Positions 57,606 to 64,000 of a DNA stretch of 64,000 nt are shown one piece after another (the stretch's first letter is position 1; each line of letters starts with the position of its first letter). The notes below the pieces were generated by a model. It was not told the DNA's origin. It saw only the letters and a list, made by a program, of their open reading frames with translations, and ran no database searches. The stretch covers positions 48,390 to 112,389 of the forward strand of contig MFZK01000003.1 of the NCBI GenBank assembly GCA_001789395.1, written 5' to 3'. Origin of the DNA: Candidatus Roizmanbacteria bacterium RIFCSPHIGHO2_02_FULL_37_13b. GTDB taxonomy: Bacteria > Patescibacteriota > Microgenomatia > UBA1406 > HO2-37-13b. The translations under genes and the position numbers were made by a program.

Positions 57606-58550
57606 TTATACCTTATTCCCAGAATGATACTTTTTGTGTGTTTCTCTTAATCTTAAATTGGTAACATGAGTATATATTTGCGTGGTAGAAATATTTTTGT
57701 GGCCTAACATTTCCTGAACCGACCTCAAATCCGCCCCATGATTTAATAAATCGGTGGCAAATGAATGTCTAAGCACGTGTGGAGTCAAATGATTTAGAAT
57801 ACCGGCTTTTTTTTTGTATTTGTCGACCATACGCTCTATTGACCGTGTTGTTAACCGCAGGCTTTGATCAGTTAATTCTCCTTTGATTTTCGGACCGCTG
57901 TAACGAATAAAAAGAGCTTGATATGGATCCTTGCGTGCGTGCAAATATTCATTTAACCATTTCTTCGCTGAAGTCGTCAAAAAAACAAGTCTGAGTTTGC
58001 GCCCTTTGCCCATGACCGCAAATTCACCTTCATTAATATTGACTTTATCTCTATTAAGACTTACAAGTTCAGATACTCGAAGGCCAGTTGAAAAAAGAAC
58101 TTCTAAAATTGCCTTATCACGAAGTCCTCGGATTTTTTTTGTATCCGGTGCTTGAAGTAATTTAGTTAACATATTTTCTTCCAAAAATTTTACTTCCCGA
58201 TCACCCAGTTTTCCAAGTTCAATTATCTCGGGAGAAATCACGGACAATTTTTTCTTTATTAAATACCTAAAAAATGAACGAAGTGCGACTAAAAAATAAT
58301 TCTGTGTCTGTTTTTTTAACTCACCTTTATATTGATTAAAATAATCTCTCGATAAATAGAGACGAAATCTTCGGATCTGCTCTTCATCAACATTTTCTAC
58401 CTTGAAGTCTGTCCCTTTTTTTTCCTCTTTTTCAATCCATTTCTGAAAAAAAGTTAAATAATAGTCATACATTCGGATCGTATTCTGGGATAAATTCCTA
58501 TCAAGATCACAATATTCCAAAAAACGTAAAATAGCTTCGTGCAGATTCAT
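57606..58550 (-). CDS. XerC/XerD-family tyrosine recombinase
   Basis: RDKAILE.LFSTGLRVSEL, GKGRK.R, TPHVLRHSFAT, QEMLGH...STTQIYTH. Confidence 0.92.
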   Translation of the reverse strand: MNLHEAILRFLEYCDLDRNLSQNTIRMYDYYLTFFQKWIEKEEKKGTDFKVENVDEEQIRRFRLYLSRDYFNQYKGELKKQTQNYFLVALRSFFRYLIKKKLSVISPEIIELGKLGDREVKFLEENMLTKLLQAPDTKKIRGLRDKAILEVLFSTGLRVSELVSLNRDKVNINEGEFAVMGKGRKLRLVFLTTSAKKWLNEYLHARKDPYQALFIRYSGPKIKGELTDQSLRLTTRSIERMVDKYKKKAGILNHLTPHVLRHSFATDLLNHGADLRSVQEMLGHKNISTTQIYTHVTNLRLRETHKKYHSGNKV

Positions 58551-58564
58551 AACTTAATTGTAAC

Positions 58565-58605
58565 AAAAAACCCAGCCCAGCCGCTCGCGAGCAGCTGGGC
58601 TGGGT
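58565..58605 (-). terminator. Intrinsic terminator for the Cys-rich gene pair
   Basis: acccagcccagc...gctgggctgggt stem; the A-run at 58565..58570 reads as a U-tail on the minus strand. Confidence 0.75.
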
Positions 58606-58640
58606 AATTTTAGTAATTAAATATTTACTTTTTTAGCTGA

Positions 58641-59801
58641 CTAGTTCCTACAACAATAATTAGAATTATTAATATTTTGACAAGATCCCTCACATACTTG
58701 CGCACAACTGGAATTTGGATCACAACTGCAGCTTTCCGTACAACTAGCCGGAATGCTTTGTTCTAAAACAGGACATTTCATATAGTCATTACACAGTTGT
58801 TTTGCGTATTGCGTCCACAATGATCGCGGTTTACAAGATGTTGATTCACCCAGTGTATATTTTTTAAGAATTGATTGACCGTCTGAACAGTAAAAATTCA
58901 CATGTCGATATCTCTGGGTATCCAAGCATGTCTTATCATTACTGTTGCATTTTGTCGGACCGCCACAAAGATCGCTGACGGAAACACCTTTTTCAGCGAC
59001 TAATCCGCAAACAGATGGTATTTTTTCTGCTCGCATTTGAACGGCGGTAATCGCTGGTTCTATTACAACTATTGGTGATATTGCTGGAAACAACCTCTGC
59101 GTTATGAGAATATCACGTCCTATGGGCGTAGTCTTATCAAAACAAGGATATTGTTTTTGGCACCAATCATCAGCTGATTTCTTAAATCCTGCCCAAGGCA
59201 TACATGATCCATCAGATTTTAGAGGAACATTGATCACCTCGACTTTGCCTACTTCATATTTTTTGTTATAACAGAGGAATTCATAACTAGTATAGCATTG
59301 TGAACCGATTGATTTGACCAACCGATAAGTACCGTCAATTAATCCTACTTTACAGGTCGTATCAGGGATTGGTTTGGCTACTTCCTCTTGTTTTTTGCCA
59401 CCTATTGATTCCCAATTAGTACAACAAGCGTACCATGGACTTTCTTTCGCAGACAATTTGCCCATAAACCATTCCTGCGACTGACAAACACTTGTCCCCG
59501 ACTGCAGTGATTGTGGAGTAAAATAGGCTGTAGCTTGTGTTTTACCACTTCTTGTAGGACAAGTAGCATTATATAACCTTATCCCGCGGCCTTCACCAAA
59601 GTGGCAACTGTTTACTCCGGACATAGATACCCGGCAGGTACCAGGATCAGCAGCAGAGGAAAAGAAAGTCAACGCTTGATCGGTATTCTTGGTCATCACG
59701 ACCACCGCTAATGTCAAAACTACTAATAAACCAACAACAGCAAAAATTGCTAATTTTGCCCGATGTTGCCTGCGAAAAAGTTTGTCAATTTGATGTTCCA
59801 T
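58641..59801 (-). CDS. Membrane-anchored Cys-rich surface protein (paralog A)
   Basis: N-terminal TM; repeated Cys modules (F.C..G....SC....W...A...C). Confidence 0.7.
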   Translation of the reverse strand: MEHQIDKLFRRQHRAKLAIFAVVGLLVVLTLAVVVMTKNTDQALTFFSSAADPGTCRVSMSGVNSCHFGEGRGIRLYNATCPTRSGKTQATAYFTPQSLQSGTSVCQSQEWFMGKLSAKESPWYACCTNWESIGGKKQEEVAKPIPDTTCKVGLIDGTYRLVKSIGSQCYTSYEFLCYNKKYEVGKVEVINVPLKSDGSCMPWAGFKKSADDWCQKQYPCFDKTTPIGRDILITQRLFPAISPIVVIEPAITAVQMRAEKIPSVCGLVAEKGVSVSDLCGGPTKCNSNDKTCLDTQRYRHVNFYCSDGQSILKKYTLGESTSCKPRSLWTQYAKQLCNDYMKCPVLEQSIPASCTESCSCDPNSSCAQVCEGSCQNINNSNYCCRN

Positions 59802-59812
59802 ATATTTTGTAA

Positions 59813-61141
59813 TTAATAACTATTATTGACGACACAATATGAATTAACACACTGATAGGCAGTTGGACAAGGCCAGAAACCACAGCTAATTGAACTCGAA
59901 CCGCCAGTCGTTCCATAACCACTTGATCCAGATCCGCCGGGACAACAATACCATCGACCTGAATGCTTTGCACAACTTTTTCCTGATTCACATTCAACCG
60001 TTAGACAATTTGATGCCTCCCCAGCGCGACAAGGACAATAGCTATTTCTCTCTGTTGTACAACCCGTAGGAATACCAGGTTGTGAGGAGGTTGGAGTAGG
60101 ATTTTGGTAATCAGGAATTACACAACAATATTTCTGTGTTCCTCCTCGCTCAGAATCAAGACGACAAATCTGTTGGGCAGGTGTCTGACCATCAGGACCT
60201 TGACGATATGTATTACAAGTTGTACTACTAGTACATCTGATATCAGTACATAAAGAATCTTTTTGACAAGTACTACATGCCTCATTGGTTTCACAACCTA
60301 TTCTTCTACAAACATTGGCATAAAGAATTGGATAAGACGATCCTCGATAATAACATCGATATCCAGTTAAACAATCTGAATCAACAGAGCACGTTTCATT
60401 ACAGCTTCTTTTAATCGTGGTTGGAGATGGTACTAAAGGCCAGTTTGTAATTTGCCTTTCCCCCTGACCGCTACCTCTCTGACCACAGCATTGATTATTA
60501 GCCAATAATATTAACTCATCTTGAGAAAGACAAATTTCGCTAGTAACAGTCTCTGATTTAATAGAGCTTCCTTTCTTACATTTATATGACAAGGCATTAG
60601 CTTTTGGCCTGCGACATGTGCCTTTCGTAAACTGATTAACTGTATATTGTATTTTGCATGAAACAGTTGGGGGAGGATTTCCAGTGGGTGAAGAATTGGT
60701 TGGTCTGGGTTGTCCCGGTGGTTGATTTCCAATTAAATCATCCCAATTGTTACAACAATTTTTCCAATTACTTCGCTCATCCCTGAGTTTCTTTACAAAC
60801 TCACTCTTTGATTGGCAAACCGAAGATCCGGGAGCTAAATCTCTTGGGAGAAAATATAATGATGGAGGATTTCCCCTATAATTACATCCTATGCCGGAGG
60901 AAGACATATTATATATACGAAATCCCCGTCCTTCACCAAACATACAACTATTGACTCCGGATAGAGATCCACGACATGTACCTTGTACTTCCGCCGATGC
61001 AAACATATTCCTTAACTGATCACTATTTGCAGCTAAATTTACGACCAAAATGCTGACGAAGAGAGCAAAAACACCAACACTAAGCAATGCTAACTGAGTA
61101 CGTTTATGATACCGAAATAATTTTTGAATTTTTAAATCCAT
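59813..61141 (-). CDS. Membrane-anchored Cys-rich surface protein (paralog B)
   Basis: N-terminal TM; shares GTCR.S.SGVNSC.FGEGRG.R.YN with paralog A; Pro/Thr linkers between small Cys domains. Confidence 0.7.
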   Translation of the reverse strand: MDLKIQKLFRYHKRTQLALLSVGVFALFVSILVVNLAANSDQLRNMFASAEVQGTCRGSLSGVNSCMFGEGRGFRIYNMSSSGIGCNYRGNPPSLYFLPRDLAPGSSVCQSKSEFVKKLRDERSNWKNCCNNWDDLIGNQPPGQPRPTNSSPTGNPPPTVSCKIQYTVNQFTKGTCRRPKANALSYKCKKGSSIKSETVTSEICLSQDELILLANNQCCGQRGSGQGERQITNWPLVPSPTTIKRSCNETCSVDSDCLTGYRCYYRGSSYPILYANVCRRIGCETNEACSTCQKDSLCTDIRCTSSTTCNTYRQGPDGQTPAQQICRLDSERGGTQKYCCVIPDYQNPTPTSSQPGIPTGCTTERNSYCPCRAGEASNCLTVECESGKSCAKHSGRWYCCPGGSGSSGYGTTGGSSSISCGFWPCPTAYQCVNSYCVVNNSY

Positions 61142-61227
61142 ATACTGCTAAAAAACTTATATATATTCAGTGTTACAAATTGCTGGACTGTTTGTCAAGA
61201 GGCAATCAACCGTTCTGGAATTTAATT

Positions 61228-61271
61228 CAATCCCGGGATTGCATCAAGGCTCATTCAATCCCGGGATTGAA
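61228..61271. repeat. REP doublet downstream of RAYT
   Basis: caatcccgggattg (61228..61241) and ttcaatcccgggattgaa (61254..61271). Confidence 0.9.
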
Positions 61272-61937
61272 TTAAGTAATAATTTTTGATTTGATTAATT
61301 GTAATTTTTTTTGATAATCAGCCTGATCGTATATAAATTTATGATATGCATCGGGTGATTTAAAATACGCCAATATTTCTCTTTTAGAGATGACATTGTC
61401 ATCTTGCGTTGTCCGAGAAAGAAAATATGGTAACGACGTGTAAGGATATCCAACAAGGTCTTCAATTTTTATTATCCCTGAACTAACAGGATTTAAATGG
61501 ATGTATCGTGAAGTATGAATCAATTGTTCTTCACTTGTAATCAATACTGCTTGATAGCGCGTCATAAATACAGGTCCCTTTTTTGAATATTTTTTATTGA
61601 GGTACTTCGCATATCCTAATTGTATATTTGAAACAGCTGACCTAATACCATCGGTAATGTTTTGCTTCAATAGTAAGTGAAAATGATTTGGCATTAAACA
61701 ATAAGCAATAATTGTTACGATTCTATCCTTTGTTTTACTTAAATAATTTTTTTGAGCATCTTTATTAAGATTTATAAACTTTGAAAAGCTCATAATTTGC
61801 TGAAAGCGATAATATTTGAATAGAGAACAAAACCTATTAAGGTCGTCAATATTAAAATATAACCGTTTTGATTCCTCACATCTGTTATAAATATGATAAA
61901 AATAGTTATTTACAAAAAATTGTTTCCGATAGGGCAT
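61272..61937 (-). mobile_element. REP-associated tyrosine transposase (RAYT, Y1/HUH)
   Basis: YHIYNR, AYCLMPNHFHLLL (HUH), YLNKKY...G.VF..RY, YIHLNPV, YPYTS; flanked by REP doublets. Confidence 0.9.
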
Positions 61938-61956
61938 ATTAATATTTTTATCAAAT

Positions 61957-61999
61957 CAATCCCGGGATTGCAACATGGCTAATTCAATCCCGGGATTGA
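61957..61999. repeat. REP doublet upstream of RAYT
   Basis: caatcccgggattg (61957..61970) and tcaatcccgggattga (61984..61999). Confidence 0.9.
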
Positions 62000-62022
62000 T
62001 GAGATGTTATAATTTATAATCA

Positions 62023-62107
62023 GGAAGGGTCGCATAGCGGCCGAGTGCGCACGCTTGGAAAGCGTGTAAGGGTAAAACCTTCGCGGGTTCGAATCCCGCC
62101 CCTTCCG
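62023..62107 (+). tRNA. tRNA-Ser (anticodon GGA)
   Basis: Acceptor GGAAGGG/CCCTTCC + G; anticodon arm cacgc-ttGGAaa-gcgtg; long variable arm; T arm gcggg-ttcgaat-cccgc. Confidence 0.93.
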
Positions 62108-62163
62108 CATTGACATTTCTTAGCGAACCTGAGATTATCGAAAGAGAGTTTAGAAATGACAAG

Positions 62164-62232
62164 GCCCGCCAAATTAACGCCCCTTGAGTCGCAGTAGAAA
62201 TCTACTAAGACGAAAGGTAAGTAATGGCGGGC
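62164..62232. repeat. Long bulged hairpin element
   Basis: gcccgcca/tggcgggc, cctt/aagg, gtc/gac, agtag-aaat-ctact. Confidence 0.55.
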
Positions 62233-62243
62233 TATATATATAC

Positions 62244-62888
62244 ATGGATAAAATTACCAACAGTAAGACGGTAGCTGCTGCCTTAGATTGGGGAGAAGTG
62301 ATCCTTGCTCTAGTCAGAAATCATCCTGTCATTGCGCCACTTATCCTTATCGCTATTGAAGAATTTGCCATTCCTCTTCCACTTCCAGGCGAAGTCTTGA
62401 TCGTTTATACCGGCTATCAAGCTTCACGAGGTATCTCCAATTATACCTTTGCGTTTATATCGTTCTTTTTTGCTGTTTTAATTGGTGCGTCAATATTATA
62501 TTGTCTATCGGTAAAATGGGGTAATTTTCTGGTCCTTCGGCTTGGCAAATTATTTCATTTAGATCAAAAAAAATTACATCTTATCGAAGAGAGATTTCGA
62601 CGTCATGGAATGTTATTTATCATACTAGGTCGTATGATTCCGGGATTTCGAATCCCTATAACCATATTTGCCGGTATGTCAAAAGTCCCATACAAGACTT
62701 TTATCTACGCGATATCATTATCAAATATTATTTGGATTCCATTATATCTTTATATAGGAAAAGTCTTTGGCCCGCAGAGTCATAGAATTCTTCAATCCCG
62801 CTACTCAATTTTGTTTATTATTTCAATACCGGTTTTAGTCGCAATCATCTATTATTTCTTTTATAAATCCATTGACACCAAAAATTAA
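62244..62888 (+). CDS. DedA family membrane protein
   Basis: IEE..IPLPLPGE, G..ILY, F.RHG...I..GR.IPG.R....FAG. Start moved to MDKIT. Confidence 0.9.
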   Translation: MDKITNSKTVAAALDWGEVILALVRNHPVIAPLILIAIEEFAIPLPLPGEVLIVYTGYQASRGISNYTFAFISFFFAVLIGASILYCLSVKWGNFLVLRLGKLFHLDQKKLHLIEERFRRHGMLFIILGRMIPGFRIPITIFAGMSKVPYKTFIYAISLSNIIWIPLYLYIGKVFGPQSHRILQSRYSILFIISIPVLVAIIYYFFYKSIDTKN

Positions 62889-62977
62889 GGCCTATATTGT
62901 TACACCTCTTGACAAAGACTGATATGCTTCTTTATTCTTTAATCTAGTTAATATTTTTTATAAATTGAAATCTTCTT

Positions 62978-63091
62978 ATGGCTAAAGGTAAAAATAACGG
63001 ATTTGAATTAAGTCCTGTAATGCAGCTTGGTGTCATTATGATTGTCTTAGCTGCTATCGCACTGGTTGCCATCGCTTACAAAGCTTGGTAA
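62978..63091 (+). CDS. Small single-TM protein (37 aa), not in the ORF track
   Basis: MAKGKNNGFELSPVMQLGVIMIVLAAIALVAIAYKAW*; TTGACA promoter-like sequence upstream. Confidence 0.6.
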   Translation: MAKGKNNGFELSPVMQLGVIMIVLAAIALVAIAYKAW

Positions 63092-63130
63092 GTTAAGTAA
63101 CTAAGTAGAAAACACGATACTTAATTTATT

Positions 63131-64000
63131 GTGGAATATGTATTAATTGTCGAGAAGCTTTCTAAATTATTCAATGGTTTTAAGGCTGTTGATAATATTT
63201 CTTTTTCGATAAAGCAAGGAGAAGTTGTCGGGCTACTTGGTCCAAATGGAGCAGGAAAAACCACGACAATTAATATACTAACCGGTGTAACGCTTCCTAA
63301 CTCCGGACAAATTGAATATTTTGGGGTTGATTTTTTTAAAAATCGCTCCGACTGTTTAGCAAAAATAAATTATTCTTCCTCTTATAGTAAACTTCTGCAT
63401 CGTGTCTCTGTTTGGGAAAATTTAGAGGTTTTTGCTCATCTTTATGGTGTTTCCGATTATAAAAATAAAATATTCTCCTTGGCAAAATATTTTGACATTG
63501 TGACGCTTTTACCAAAAAGATTTCTGAGTTTATCTTCGGGTCAAAAGACACGAGTTAATCTAGTCAAAGCACTTATCAATGAACCACAAGTTTTGCTGCT
63601 TGATGAACCCACTGCCAGTCTTGACCCTGACATGGCAGATAAGACACTGACTTTAATTGAAAATATTAAGAAAACCAGAAATATCTCTATTCTTTATACA
63701 TCACATGATATGCGGGAAGTTTCTCGTATCTGTGACCGTGTGATTTTTATGGACAGGGGCAAAATTGTCGCCGATGATACGCCTTTAGGGTTGACTAAAA
63801 AAATCAAATCCGCCATTTTGAGATTGACCTATGATGGCGATGAAGAAAAATTGAAAAAATTAATAAATGAAAGAGGGTGGAGGAGTACATTTCCAAAAAC
63901 TAACGTTGTTGAAATCACTTCAGAGGAAAAAGATTTGCCTTCGATGATATTTAAAATCAGTAATCTCGGAATTTGGATCACCGACATTGAAGTAATTAAA
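63131..64000 (+). CDS. ABC transporter ATP-binding protein (truncated at window end)
   Basis: Manual translation from GTG: ...AVDNISF..KQGEVVGLLGPNGAGKTT...LSSGQK...LLDEPTASLDP...TSHDM. Confidence 0.9.
   Translation, partial: MEYVLIVEKLSKLFNGFKAVDNISFSIKQGEVVGLLGPNGAGKTTTINILTGVTLPNSGQIEYFGVDFFKNRSDCLAKINYSSSYSKLLHRVSVWENLEVFAHLYGVSDYKNKIFSLAKYFDIVTLLPKRFLSLSSGQKTRVNLVKALINEPQVLLLDEPTASLDPDMADKTLTLIENIKKTRNISILYTSHDMREVSRICDRVIFMDRGKIVADDTPLGLTKKIKSAILRLTYDGDEEKLKKLINERGWRSTFPKTNVVEITSEEKDLPSMIFKISNLGIWITDIEVIK

Noticed and set aside
61228-61999. Repeats as a CRISPR array
   Set aside because: Only 14-18-bp palindromes in doublets with similar (not unique) spacers; no cas genes; explained by RAYT.
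57606-62107. Integrative island from the tyrosine recombinase to tRNA-Ser
   Set aside because: The recombinase has canonical XerC/D motifs and length, and no duplicated tRNA-Ser end was found near it.
62180-62225. Hammerhead ribozyme (tga-gtc...gac-gaaa)
   Set aside because: The conserved CUGANGA core is absent (reads cccttga).
62978-63091. Type IV pilin (G|F prepilin site)
   Set aside because: No Glu at +5, the hydrophobic segment starts too late and there is no pilin head.
1971-63551. Numerous short (60-125 aa) ORFs overlapping longer genes (e.g. 2301..2585, 11878..12183, 16651..16971, 31559..31930, 43731..44096, 63336..63551)
   Set aside because: Shadow or alternate-frame ORFs inside well-supported genes, with no motifs.
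1-64000. Alternative genetic code (UGA recoded)
   Set aside because: Conserved genes are full length in the standard code, many end in TGA with ATGA coupling, and the Trp and Gly tRNAs have ordinary CCA and TCC anticodons.

Overview
AT-rich, very gene-dense bacterial DNA read in the standard code. Its features point to a Patescibacteria/CPR genome, probably Microgenomates (inference): starts sit right after a -10 box with no Shine-Dalgarno, and there are many GT-C membrane proteins, a sortase pair and Cys-rich surface proteins. Bases ~1-34 kb are a strand-scrambled surface-glycosylation region: CDP-dideoxysugar genes (rfbF, rfbH, dehydratase), two ThDP carboligases, a split transketolase, a legionaminic-acid-type block with no CMP-synthetase in the window, several polyprenyl-phosphate GT2s and GT-C transferases. 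Bases 34-64 kb hold housekeeping and accessory genes (miaA, gmd, lexA, tgt, pepD, Xer recombinase, EamA transporters, DedA, ABC ATPase) and four tRNAs (Arg-GCG, Trp-CCA, Gly-TCC, Ser-GGA). The best candidates for new biology are: (i) a two-gene graspetide-type RiPP locus (MvdC/D-like ATP-grasp ligase plus a Thr/Asp-rich precursor) whose promoter-leader motif recurs before the distant pepD; (ii) a TrpR-like gene bracketed by identical 24-bp palindromes, laid out like the nearby RAYT/REP unit; (iii) several families of small hairpin and heptamer repeats, some of them in frame inside miaA, tgt and a GT2, or inside a tRNA-like remnant. All assignments were made by eye; no database searches were run.
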